The translations under genes and the position numbers were made by a program. A DNA stretch of 32,000 nt, taken from the NCBI RefSeq assembly GCF_000253055.1, contig NC_016070.1, positions 600,001 to 632,000 of the forward strand, in the 5' to 3' direction. Positions 16,749 through 25,370 of the stretch are shown here, piece by piece. The number at the start of each line of letters is the position of its first letter. Position 1 is the stretch's first letter. The notes under the pieces are model-generated. The model saw only the letters and a program-made list of their open reading frames with translations, ran no database searches and was not told where the DNA came from. This DNA comes from Thermoproteus tenax Kra 1. GTDB taxonomy: Archaea > Thermoproteota > Thermoprotei > Thermoproteales > Thermoproteaceae.

Positions 16749-17108
16749 ATGGCCCGCCTCTATGTATTTCCAGGCTATGACGATATAGACGATGAGCCCG
16801 AGATAAGACAGAAGATATATAAGGCTCTTAAGGACGTTGAGGCCGCCATCAGGAAGCGTATGATGGGAGAGGAGGCGTTAGATACTCTGGGTAGGTCTCT
16901 CAAGGCAGTCAACATGATCTCTGTGAAGGTGAAGTCTCCTAAGGGGAGGCCTACCGATTTGGAGGAACTTGAAAAAATAGATGGAGAAATTTTCGATAAA
17001 ATTAATATGATTTTTTCATTATTACAAATGAAAAGTTATGATACTCTTTTTCAGCAGATTTTAGAGTTGGACAGGCTAGTTGATAGACGCAATAGCTTAT
17101 TCAAATGA
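16749..17108 (+). CDS. uncharacterised helical protein (119 aa)
   Basis: Coherent ORF with TTTAAA ~25 nt upstream of ATG; 4-bp overlap with the next ORF. Confidence 0.6.
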   Translation: MARLYVFPGYDDIDDEPEIRQKIYKALKDVEAAIRKRMMGEEALDTLGRSLKAVNMISVKVKSPKGRPTDLEELEKIDGEIFDKINMIFSLLQMKSYDTLFQQILELDRLVDRRNSLFK

Positions 17109-17785
17109 TAGCGTATGCCGACCACCCAGACGGCGGGGCAATAGTCGACATATCTCAGCTAGAGAGAGCGCTGGAGAGGTCAGCCTTATTCCTGTCGCTC
17201 GTAGTTTTCCGTGAAGTTCCCAGCTTGATGGAGAAGGCCTTCAGAGAGTGGGCGCGGATCGGGACGCCCGACGTAGCCGAGGCTATATACGCCTATACAT
17301 ATCAGTATATAAAGCGCATTATTACTGACAGAGAACTCCTTCTGCGCATCGCTGAGCTGTTCAACAGAATGGGAGCACCCGATGTGCTGGCAATGCAGAG
17401 GGCTCTGGCAATAAGCGCCGGCATAACGACGTGCGACATAGGAGGGTTGATCTTCGTAGAGAACCCTAGAACCTCTCTATACTCGAGACCCTCGGGCACG
17501 ACGCCGCCGGACGCCATAACGAGCTCGGTATACGCCAGAGCGCACCTTGTTATAAACAGAGGGTCCCGGACGATCATCGATTGGGACACCTTCTGCGTCG
17601 TACCCTACCTCCCCACCGGCGATCCATACGTAATACACCCACTACAGAGGCTTCACAACGCCGGTTATTTTGTCGCAACTCGGGGGATCCCACGATGTGT
17701 CGCCTCAGACGGAAGCCCGACAGATGGAGCGGCGCTAGCTCCGCGCGGGCTCGCTAAGCTCCTGGGCTTGCCGCCCTGCGCTTAA
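17105..17785 (+). CDS. uncharacterised protein (226 aa)
   Basis: Long ORF translationally coupled to the upstream ORF (ATGATA overlap). No family recognised. Confidence 0.65.
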   Translation: MIAYADHPDGGAIVDISQLERALERSALFLSLVVFREVPSLMEKAFREWARIGTPDVAEAIYAYTYQYIKRIITDRELLLRIAELFNRMGAPDVLAMQRALAISAGITTCDIGGLIFVENPRTSLYSRPSGTTPPDAITSSVYARAHLVINRGSRTIIDWDTFCVVPYLPTGDPYVIHPLQRLHNAGYFVATRGIPRCVASDGSPTDGAALAPRGLAKLLGLPPCA

Positions 17786-18386
17786 GTCTCGGCAACTCCC
17801 AACCGTATCGCAAAGAGAGGAGCCTAAGCGCCACCACCGAGATTATGGTGCCCAACAATGCAACCTCTCTGCCCTCTATATAATAAAGGGAGAGGTACAC
17901 TAGGCCCCCTATAGCGGCAGCCGTCGCATAGATCTCTTTGCGGAGCACCAGAGGTATTTCAGCCGCCAGAACATCTCTTACGACTCCGCCGCCGGCTGCT
18001 GTTATCGCCGCCATTGCCGCGACCCCTAGTGGGTTTAGCCCCCGCTTTAGCGCTATGTCGGCGCCTATTGCTGCGAATGCGCCAAGCCCTAATGCGTCTG
18101 GGTACAATACAACGTCTCTATATTTGCTCACTTTATCATACAGCGCAAAGGTGAAGGCCGAGGCCCCTATGGCCGCCAGCTGATACGGCAACGACGTTAT
18201 ATTCGTTGGGGGGACTATGCCGAGAATCAGATCCCGGATGATCCCGCCGGCCAACGCCGTCGAATAGCCCAACACGAGGAAGCCGAGCAGATCTAGATCC
18301 TTCTCGCCCGCCTTGAGGGCGCCCGAGACTGCAAACGCTATTATCCCCACGTAGTTAAGCGCATCAACTATGAGGTCCGCCAACAT
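17754..18386 (-). CDS. UPF0126/TRIC-type membrane channel family protein
   Basis: Two repeats with FAVSGALKAG...GGIIRDLILG and AAGGGVVRDVL, diagnostic of the YicG/TRIC family. Confidence 0.88.
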   Translation of the reverse strand: MLADLIVDALNYVGIIAFAVSGALKAGEKDLDLLGFLVLGYSTALAGGIIRDLILGIVPPTNITSLPYQLAAIGASAFTFALYDKVSKYRDVVLYPDALGLGAFAAIGADIALKRGLNPLGVAAMAAITAAGGGVVRDVLAAEIPLVLRKEIYATAAAIGGLVYLSLYYIEGREVALLGTIISVVALRLLSLRYGWELPRLKRRAASPGA

Positions 18387-18681
18387 AGCGCTTCAGTTTC
18401 ATCAGGAGCGGCTCTACCTCAGGGAGGGGCGGCGCCACCTTTTTCAAGAAGGCCGTTAGATCTCCCTCTTCGTATATTACTATATACTTATTGGTGCCGC
18501 CCTCGTCCGTAGTGTCGAGGAACCCTATTCCGAGCTCCCTCAGACACTCGGCCAGATCGTCTGGAGGGTTCGTGAAGATGACCAAGACGCCTCCCTCTTG
18601 GTGGGGATCTGGATCGAAGTAATCGCCTGTTTTCTCGAAGACCTCCCTCACGTAGTGTGCCGGATCTCTATCGCACGTCAT
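18364..18681 (-). CDS. hypothetical protein (105 aa)
   Basis: ORF in a tightly packed same-strand operon, overlapping both neighbours. Confidence 0.5.
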   Translation of the reverse strand: MTCDRDPAHYVREVFEKTGDYFDPDPHQEGGVLVIFTNPPDDLAECLRELGIGFLDTTDEGGTNKYIVIYEEGDLTAFLKKVAPPLPEVEPLLMKLKRYVGGPHS

Positions 18682-19142
18682 GCCAGTTTTATGGATCGCA
18701 ACGACTTATATTCTCCGCCCGTTGTGTCCACGAGGTGCACCTCGCGCACTTCGAACGAGAATCCCCGGAGCGATGCCGCCTCTCTGAGCGCAGGCTCCAG
18801 TTCGTCCTCGCTTGGTCTCTTCAGTCTCACGGAGTACAACGTCGCATGCGGCCTGAACTCAATGTACCGCTCCTCCAGAGAGCCGCCCACAGCAACTTCA
18901 AGAGCCCTCCGCAACGATAGAAAGTCGGAGTAAGGCTTAGCCTCCAGTGCGATAAACCTAGGCTTGGATCTGCTCGGCAGTATGACGACCTCGCCCAACG
19001 TAGCCAAGAAGCGGCGAGCGCTGACGGTAGTCTCGATGGGCCGCCTCAGCTTAAGGAGAGTTATATGGGGCTTGACCGGTCGGAATCCTTCCAAAGGCCT
19101 CAGCGGAGGAAACGGCAGCAGGACCGCGTATATGTATGGCAT
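18678..19142 (-). CDS. thpR: RNA 2',3'-cyclic phosphodiesterase (2H phosphoesterase)
   Basis: Two HxT motifs: KPHITLLKL and RPHATLYSV, at the expected spacing. Confidence 0.88.
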   Translation of the reverse strand: MPYIYAVLLPFPPLRPLEGFRPVKPHITLLKLRRPIETTVSARRFLATLGEVVILPSRSKPRFIALEAKPYSDFLSLRRALEVAVGGSLEERYIEFRPHATLYSVRLKRPSEDELEPALREAASLRGFSFEVREVHLVDTTGGEYKSLRSIKLA

Positions 19143-20911
19143 TAAGTCGCGTAGTAGTACTCTCCTCTTTCTTTCTGCTCTCTATCCAGGACGGAGCCGG
19201 GCTTGTTCACCCTCGGCCTCCCGGTCTTTGGCTCCCTTCTGAAGGTTACGTCGATCCACTTGAGGAAGATATTCATGCCGGTCCTCATATCTAGGGGGCC
19301 CTCGGAGTATCCCTCCACTCCTGAGGCTCCTAAGAAGGGCATTATGGAGCTTGACATGTAGTCCAACATGGCTACGTCGTGTTCGACCACCAAGGCAGCC
19401 GACTCGCTCTCCTCTATTATCCTCCTTACTGTCCTGGCCACAGCTATCCTCTGCTCTACGTCTAGATACGCCATGGGCTCGTCTAAGACGTAGAGATCGG
19501 CTTTTTTCAGCAGAGAGGCCGCCACTACGACTCTCTGGAGCTCGCCTCCCGACAGCTCGCCCATGGTCTTATCCAACACGTTGGAGAGGCCCAGGCCTGA
19601 GGATATGTCGGGCCAGATAGGGTTATCAGAATATTCAGGCGCCTCTTTAGCTAGCCACAAGCGCACAGGCACCTCGGAGTTTTTCACAGCTATCTGGCGT
19701 ATGTACTGCGGCTTGTAGCTGACGGCGCTAACTCCAAAAATTTCGCCTTCATCAGGCTTCAGCTCCCCTACCAACATCCTCACGAAGGTGGTCTTGCCCA
19801 CGCCGTTTGGGCCTATGACGCCTACGATCTCCCCTCTTCCAATATATCCGCTCTTGACTCTAAGGCGGAAAGTATCGAGAGTTATCGACAGATCCGTCCA
19901 CTGGGCCAGCGCCCTCTGCCTGCTCGTCTTGCGTTCAGGCGGTCTGACCTCAAACTTTATCGCCTCATTTCTGATCCTCATGTTCTCATGGGCCAGATAG
20001 CCGCTGAGATACTCGTTGACGGCCTCCCTCGCCCCCAGAGGGTGTGAAACTATCCCGTAGGCGCCGGGCTTGCCGTATAGGACTACGGCTGTGTCCGCGA
20101 GATAGTCGAGGATTGTGAAGTCGTGCTCAACTACTACCGCGAACTTGCCTTGGGTTTTCTCCCTCATAAGTGCAGCGATTCGCACTCTCTCGACTACATC
20201 CAAATGCGTCGACGGCTCATCAAATATATACACATCTGCGTCCTTCGAGAGCGCTGCGGCTATCGCAAGCTTCTGGAGCTCGCCTCCAGATAAGTTCGAT
20301 ATATCTCTGTCGGCCAACTTAGAGAGGCCGAGCCTCTCCATCAGCTCCTGCGGTATTTTGGCCTTCTCCGCGATATCTCTGACCGTCCCCTTTAAGTAGA
20401 GGGGTATGAGCTCTATATACTGGATCTTGTGCACCGTCTTCATCCTCTTTCCGTACAGCTCGGAGAAGTACGTCTGGAGCTCCGTCCCTCTGAAGGCCTT
20501 GATTACATCGTCGTGTGATGCGCCCGTCTCCTTGCACAAGTTCGGAACCAACTCGCCGGCCAATATCTTGGCTATGGTGGTCTTGCCGAGGGCGTTTCTT
20601 CCTATGATGCCCACGATGGTTCCCCTCTTTAGCATAGGGAGCCTATATAGCTTGAATCCTCCGGGGAAATATCTGTGGACGCAGTCCGATTCGAGCTCGT
20701 CGGGCAGATTCGTTATTGTTATAGCCGAGAACGGACACTTGTGGACGCATATGCCGCAGCCGATGCACAGCTTCTCGGAGATGACCGCCTTGCCGGTGTT
20801 CTCGTCCAGCCAAACGACCTTGCCGCCCTTATTCAGAGGACAGTACTTTATACACTCCTGTCCGCACTTCTTCGGGTCGCATGAGTCGCGGTCGACTACG
20901 GCGATTCTCAT
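19142..20911 (-). CDS. abce1: ABCE1/Rli1 ribosome-recycling ATPase
   Basis: N-terminal 4Fe-4S domains (CIKYCPL, CIGCGICVHKCPF), twin ABC domains GRNALGKTT... and GPNGVGKTT with LSGGELQK / LSGGELQR. Confidence 0.97.
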   Translation of the reverse strand: MRIAVVDRDSCDPKKCGQECIKYCPLNKGGKVVWLDENTGKAVISEKLCIGCGICVHKCPFSAITITNLPDELESDCVHRYFPGGFKLYRLPMLKRGTIVGIIGRNALGKTTIAKILAGELVPNLCKETGASHDDVIKAFRGTELQTYFSELYGKRMKTVHKIQYIELIPLYLKGTVRDIAEKAKIPQELMERLGLSKLADRDISNLSGGELQKLAIAAALSKDADVYIFDEPSTHLDVVERVRIAALMREKTQGKFAVVVEHDFTILDYLADTAVVLYGKPGAYGIVSHPLGAREAVNEYLSGYLAHENMRIRNEAIKFEVRPPERKTSRQRALAQWTDLSITLDTFRLRVKSGYIGRGEIVGVIGPNGVGKTTFVRMLVGELKPDEGEIFGVSAVSYKPQYIRQIAVKNSEVPVRLWLAKEAPEYSDNPIWPDISSGLGLSNVLDKTMGELSGGELQRVVVAASLLKKADLYVLDEPMAYLDVEQRIAVARTVRRIIEESESAALVVEHDVAMLDYMSSSIMPFLGASGVEGYSEGPLDMRTGMNIFLKWIDVTFRREPKTGRPRVNKPGSVLDREQKERGEYYYAT

Positions 20912-20937
20912 AACGTCCTTAGGAAAACTGGGAGGTT

Positions 20938-21207
20938 TTAATCCTCGGCCTCCTCCCCCTCTTGAAGGTTCTCCAGGAGCTGTTTTCTGAGCTCCTCCAG
21001 CTCCTCCTGGTCTATCTCTGACACTCTCTCCTCGGCGGTCATAACTCCGCGCTTCTTCTCTTCAGAGACCTCCGTCTTTACGCTATAGGCCCTCTTGTCT
21101 CTCTCAGTCAACCTCACCTCGTACCCACACTTGGGACACCTCAAGACGGTGTGGCCGTCCTTTTTGACTGGAACCATCAGGGTGCCGTCCTTGGGGCAGA
21201 ACCTCAT
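20938..21207 (-). CDS. TFS/RpoM-like N-terminal zinc-ribbon protein lacking the C-terminal ribbon
   Basis: MRFCPKDGTLMVPVKKDGHTVLRCPKCGYE followed by an acidic tail; no second cysteine cluster before the stop. TTAAATAG ~25 nt upstream of the start. Confidence 0.75.
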   Translation of the reverse strand: MRFCPKDGTLMVPVKKDGHTVLRCPKCGYEVRLTERDKRAYSVKTEVSEEKKRGVMTAEERVSEIDQEELEELRKQLLENLQEGEEAED

Positions 21208-21282
21208 CTCAATCTGCCCACTATCACCTATTTAAGTATGTGCCCTCCTGCGCAACCCAATCGCCTTGTCGCTGATATAGAT

Positions 21283-21292
21283 AAATTTATAA
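21283..21292 (+). promoter_or_regulatory. TATA-like box for iorA (aaatttataa)
   Basis: AT-rich box centred about 26 nt upstream of the revised GTG start at 21313. Confidence 0.5.
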
Positions 21293-21312
21293 GCTATATA
21301 TATCTATTTATT

Positions 21313-23103
21313 GTGAGACAGCTGTTGCTCGGCAACGAGGCCATAGCGTACGGAGCTCTGTCTGCCGGTGTGGCTGTCGCAACAGGATACCCTGGGACTC
21401 CTTCGTCTGAGGTCATCGAGACTTTGTTGGAGTACCGCGACCGGATAGTCGAATGGACGACGAACGAGAAAGTCGCTGTAGAGATAGCATATGGCGCCGC
21501 GTTGTCGGGCGCCAGGGCGCTGGCGGCCATGAAGCACGTCGGCCTAAACGTAGCAGCAGACCCGCTCCACAGCGCAGCCTACACTGGCGTTGAAGGCGCG
21601 TTATTGATAGTGGTCGCCGATGATCCAGCCATGTGGTCGTCTCAAAACGAGCAAGATACTAGGTGGTATGGCGTACAAGCGTATGTGCCTGTGTTAGAGC
21701 CGTCCGATCCTCAGGATGCCTTTCAATTAGCCAAGGAGGGCTTTAGTCTCAGCGAATCCTTCGGCCATCCCGTCCTTTTGAGAAGCGTGACCCGCGTCAG
21801 CCACGTAAGAGCCCCCGTCGTAGTCGAACCGCCCGCCCCGCCTAAGTTCGGCAGGTTCCAAAAGAGGGTCGACAAGCACGTGCTCGTGCCGGCCATCGCT
21901 AGGACGAGAAAGGTTGACTTATTGAAAAAGTGGGAGTCGCTTGCGGACGTGTCCCTAAGATATACAAAGGTGGATGGCGAGGGCGATCTCGTCGTTATAG
22001 CGTCCGGCGTCGGCTACGCCTACGCAGCCGAGGCTCTAGAGAGGTATAATGTGAGAGCGAGGCTGATAAAGATCGGGATGTCGGTCCCAATTTCGAAGAG
22101 AATACTCGACATGGTGCCGCAGGGAGAGGCGGTAGTAGTGGAGGAGGGAGACCCAGTGTTGGAGATCCAGCTGAGGAGTCTCGGGTTGAGGACTAAGGGG
22201 AAGCTTGACGGCTTCTTCCCCAGACATGGTGAGCTGACTCTGAGGTCGGTCATCGAGGGGATCTCTAAGGCGTTTAATTTAGGCGTGAAACTGCCCTCAG
22301 CGCCCAGGCCCCCGTTGGAGCCGCCCTCCAGGCCTGCATATCTGTGTCCAGGGTGCCCCCACATGGGGACTTTCTACGCGCTGAGGATAGCCGCCGCAGG
22401 CGCCAAAATTGTATGGTCCGGCGATATCGGGTGTTACTCGCTCGGAGTTAACTTGGGCGAGCAGGACGTCCTCACTCATATGGGGTCTAGTCTCGGGTTG
22501 GGCATGGGCATTGCTCAGGCCGATAGAGAGAAGCTTGTCGTGGCCACAATAGGCGATTCGACGTTTTACCACGCGGCTCTTCCCCAACTAGTCGACCTCA
22601 AGACCAAGAGGGTTCCGTTATTGTTGGTAGTGATGGACAATGAGTATACTGCCATGACCGGCGGGCAGCCGAGTCCCAGCAGAGATGCGCCAGCCGAAAT
22701 CTTCGCGCAGGCCTTGGGGATAAAATACTTCGTCGTAGACCCTGCCGACGTTAAGACGAGCGTGGAGAAGATTAGGGAGGCCGTATCTCTAGCTAAATCA
22801 GGGGAGCCAGCCGTCGTTGTATCAAGACGCCCTTGTATACTTGAGGCACTGCGCGTAGCCAGAAGGGCCGGCTTCAGCCCGCCGAGATATGTGGTCGATG
22901 CCGATAAATGTAAGTCGTGTGGCATATGCTATAACTTATTGAAGTGCTACGCCATCAGCAAGCAACCTGATGGGAAGGCTTGGATAGATCCTTCGTTGTG
23001 TAACGGATGCTCTATGTGCGCCCAAGTCTGTCCCTACAATGCGATCAAGCCCCAAGAGCCTGGAAAGGTCAACAGATGGCTGGAGCTATGGTCACAAGCA
23101 TAG
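21313..23103 (+). CDS. iorA: indolepyruvate:ferredoxin oxidoreductase subunit alpha
   Basis: RQLLLGNEAIAYGALSAGVAVATGYPGTPSSEV...; TPP region GDIGCYSLG; C-terminal CKSCGICYNLLKC and CNGCSMCAQVCPYNAI. Listed ORF starts at 21151; the conserved N-terminus begins at GTG 21313. Confidence 0.95.
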   Translation: MRQLLLGNEAIAYGALSAGVAVATGYPGTPSSEVIETLLEYRDRIVEWTTNEKVAVEIAYGAALSGARALAAMKHVGLNVAADPLHSAAYTGVEGALLIVVADDPAMWSSQNEQDTRWYGVQAYVPVLEPSDPQDAFQLAKEGFSLSESFGHPVLLRSVTRVSHVRAPVVVEPPAPPKFGRFQKRVDKHVLVPAIARTRKVDLLKKWESLADVSLRYTKVDGEGDLVVIASGVGYAYAAEALERYNVRARLIKIGMSVPISKRILDMVPQGEAVVVEEGDPVLEIQLRSLGLRTKGKLDGFFPRHGELTLRSVIEGISKAFNLGVKLPSAPRPPLEPPSRPAYLCPGCPHMGTFYALRIAAAGAKIVWSGDIGCYSLGVNLGEQDVLTHMGSSLGLGMGIAQADREKLVVATIGDSTFYHAALPQLVDLKTKRVPLLLVVMDNEYTAMTGGQPSPSRDAPAEIFAQALGIKYFVVDPADVKTSVEKIREAVSLAKSGEPAVVVSRRPCILEALRVARRAGFSPPRYVVDADKCKSCGICYNLLKCYAISKQPDGKAWIDPSLCNGCSMCAQVCPYNAIKPQEPGKVNRWLELWSQA

Positions 23104-23633
23104 TCGTAGTAGGAGTTGGGGGTCAGGGAGTAGTAACACTCGCCAGATGGTTGGGCAGAGCCGCCATGGCCGCAGGCTACGATGTAAAAATTGCCGAGAC
23201 CCACGGCTTGAGCCAACGTGGTGGATCGGTGGAGGTGCACGTGAGATTCGGCGAGGTCGTACGCTCTCCAACTGTCTCAGAGGCGGACGCCGATTACGTG
23301 GTCGCCCTCGAGGCCTTGGAGGCGCTGAGGGCATTTAAATATTTAAAGAGCGATGCCCTTATGGTTGTAAACAAGAGGATAATCAATGTTCCAGGCAAAA
23401 GCGTTGACTCAGCTGCCGTCTTCAACGCCCTGGTCTCGTTAAAAAATGTAAAGCTGATTCCAGCTTTCGATATAGCACAGAGGTTGGGCGGATCGACCTA
23501 TGAGAACGCTGTTATGTTCGGCTATATGGCGGCGTTATTGGGCCTCGACAGAGCGGTGGACTGGCTAGATGGGGGCAACCTCAGGGCATTCAACGAGGGG
23601 AAAAAGTTCATAAGTTTTGAAAACATTCGTTGA
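23088..23633 (+). CDS. iorB: indolepyruvate:ferredoxin oxidoreductase subunit beta
   Basis: VVVGVGGQGVVTLARWLGRAA, ETHGLSQRGGSVEVHVRFG. Conserved start at ATG 23088 inside listed ORF 23007-23633. Confidence 0.93.
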   Translation: MVTSIVVVGVGGQGVVTLARWLGRAAMAAGYDVKIAETHGLSQRGGSVEVHVRFGEVVRSPTVSEADADYVVALEALEALRAFKYLKSDALMVVNKRIINVPGKSVDSAAVFNALVSLKNVKLIPAFDIAQRLGGSTYENAVMFGYMAALLGLDRAVDWLDGGNLRAFNEGKKFISFENIR

Positions 23634-23844
23634 TGGCCACGAGCTCGGATAGGCTGTTGAGGCCCGTAGGTTGCTCAGCGTTAGTTACAACCGAAGGCCT
23701 CGCCCTTTAGGGCGGGCGTTGCCCCCATGCCCGATGAGCCCGCGCCTGAGGTATCCTGGATGCCGATGAGGGCGTGGGCGAGGAGAAAGTCCCTAGGCGC
23801 GATCGGTCGGGAATTGCCAGCTATGACCGCCTAGGGACAAACGG
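23634..23844. other. structured intergenic region; candidate ncRNA or element remnant
   Basis: GAGGCC-CGTA-GGTTG / CAACC-GAA-GGCCTC stem; CGCCC-TTTA-GGGCG hairpin at 23701-23714; perfect 11-bp stem 23789-23799 GTCCCTAGGCG / 23828-23838 CGCCTAGGGAC. Confidence 0.4.
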
Positions 23845-23871
23845 AAAAAGTTGGCCCAACTACAGTTGGCC
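23845..23871 (-). terminator. hairpin followed by T-run at the 3' end of the Rio kinase gene
   Basis: Minus strand GGCCAAC-TGTA-GTTGGGCC-AAC-TTTTT. Confidence 0.4.
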
Positions 23872-24693
23872 GAGTAGCTCATAGAGCCTTTTTCCCCCGA
23901 TAATGAGCCATCCCTCCTCGTCCTCGTAGTACTCCCCTCTGGCCCTCTCGGCCAGAACCTTCGCCGCCTTAGTTCCGTCAATCCTCACTCCGAAAAATCT
24001 GAAGACGTTACCTAGGTCTCTTGCCAGATACTCCAGCGCCAATGGATGCTCCCTCTTAACTGCAGAGCCCCAGTCTATGATCCTAATATCTCCGCCTACA
24101 TAGAGCACGTTGAACTCGCTCAAATCCGCGTGGACCAACTTGCCGATTATGTATGCTCTCTCTATATTCCTGAGAATCTCCCAGAACACCTCGTCGGGGT
24201 CGTCCAACCCGCTCACTCCGACCTCATACAGAGCTGGCGCGGGCACGCCGCCCTCTCCTACGAACTCCATTGCGAGTATGTTTTTCTCCGCCGCTATGGG
24301 CCTCGGCACCTTCACGCCTGCCTTAAACGCTGCAGATAGGTTGCCAAATTCCTTTCTACACCAAGTCTCAACTATATCTATTATATCTTTTTTAATTTTT
24401 TTATTTTTAAACCTAGGATCTCCCAATATATATTTATATCGCGATTTAATAAATGTCGATGTAGTTGTGTAATAGATCTTGAGGACAATCTCCTCGCCCT
24501 TCTTATTTCTAGCCAGAACTACCTTGGCCTCCTTACCTTGGGCTATGGAGCCCAAAACCTCGTCAACAACTCCTCTATTCATGAGCGCAAACAACGCCCG
24601 CCACGTGTAGGCATTAAAAACTTCGTCTAAGCTCTCGAAGTACTCATGATCCTTCTCGGTTCTGACGCGTTTTTTTACGTCAATGTCATCCAC
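23860..24693 (-). CDS. Rio-family protein kinase (Rio1-like)
   Basis: VVLARNKKGEEIVLKIYYTT, MEFVGEGGVPAP, LVHADLSEFNVLY, IIDWGSAV; neighbour of the archaeal KH gene as commonly seen. Confidence 0.92.
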   Translation of the reverse strand: MDDIDVKKRVRTEKDHEYFESLDEVFNAYTWRALFALMNRGVVDEVLGSIAQGKEAKVVLARNKKGEEIVLKIYYTTTSTFIKSRYKYILGDPRFKNKKIKKDIIDIVETWCRKEFGNLSAAFKAGVKVPRPIAAEKNILAMEFVGEGGVPAPALYEVGVSGLDDPDEVFWEILRNIERAYIIGKLVHADLSEFNVLYVGGDIRIIDWGSAVKREHPLALEYLARDLGNVFRFFGVRIDGTKAAKVLAERARGEYYEDEEGWLIIGGKRLYELLGQL

Positions 24694-24778
24694 GTAGTTA
24701 TTTAACGAGAAAATTAAAGCGTTCTCAGCGCCGTCTGGACAGTGAGGGCTGTCTCCTCTTATCGTTAGAAATACGGCC

Positions 24779-24802
24779 CCCCGCCCTTAAGGGTCGGCGG
24801 GG
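24779..24802. repeat. inverted repeat CCCCGCC / GGCGGGG containing palindrome CCCTTAAGGG
   Basis: Direct reading of 24779-24802; core resembles the CGCCCTTTAGGGCG hairpin at 23701-23714. Confidence 0.5.
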
Positions 24803-24848
24803 CGCAGCATTGGCAGTTACCATTTATATGTGTATCACAGTTGGCGAT

Positions 24849-25370
24849 GTGGACGAATACTTAAGGGGCATAATACAGATACCCATAGAGAGGAAATATC
24901 TGGAGAACGCGCGCGTGTGGGCGCGTGTCGTCTCTCAAAGATATAATGCCGACGTACAAATCGATGATGCCGCCTCCTATATAATAATCCGTCCTCGCGC
25001 CGGGGTCTCAGTGGATGAGATTCTAAGGCTACAGGATATGGCCCGCGCTCTGTCGTTCGGGTTTTCTCCGGAGGATGTAATGAGGCTCGAGGGCGAGGAC
25101 TATAGGCTTGATTATGTCGACGTCAAGGAGCACGTGGGGCGCCAACACCTACACAGAGTTCTAGCCAGAGTTATAGGAGAGGGCGGGCGCGCCAAGTCCA
25201 CTATAGAGGCCTTAACAGGGACCAAGATCGCTGTGACAGACAGGTATGTGGCGATACTAGGGCCTCTCAACGCAGTATCTGTAGCCAAGGAGGCCATCAT
25301 GATGCTCATAGAGGGGAAGAAACACGGTACTGTCTATCGTTATATCCAACGCTCTATTCGCAGTTATTGA
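24849..25370 (+). CDS. archaeal KH-domain RNA-binding protein (Pno1/Krr1-like)
   Basis: VLARVIGEGGRAKSTIEALTGTKIAVTDRYVAILGP (intact KH), preceded by a degenerate KH. Listed start is TTG 24810, but TTTATAT at ~24823-24829 would lie inside the ORF; GTG 24849 fits better. Confidence 0.8.
   Translation: MDEYLRGIIQIPIERKYLENARVWARVVSQRYNADVQIDDAASYIIIRPRAGVSVDEILRLQDMARALSFGFSPEDVMRLEGEDYRLDYVDVKEHVGRQHLHRVLARVIGEGGRAKSTIEALTGTKIAVTDRYVAILGPLNAVSVAKEAIMMLIEGKKHGTVYRYIQRSIRSY

Noticed and set aside
23779-23838. RNase P RNA, because GAGGAGAAAGTCCC resembles the conserved CR-I segment
   Set aside because: No CR-V-like ACAGAAnnnGGCUUA downstream and the AGTCCC strand pairs locally in an 11-bp hairpin instead of forming a long-range P4. 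A covariance-model scan should still be run.
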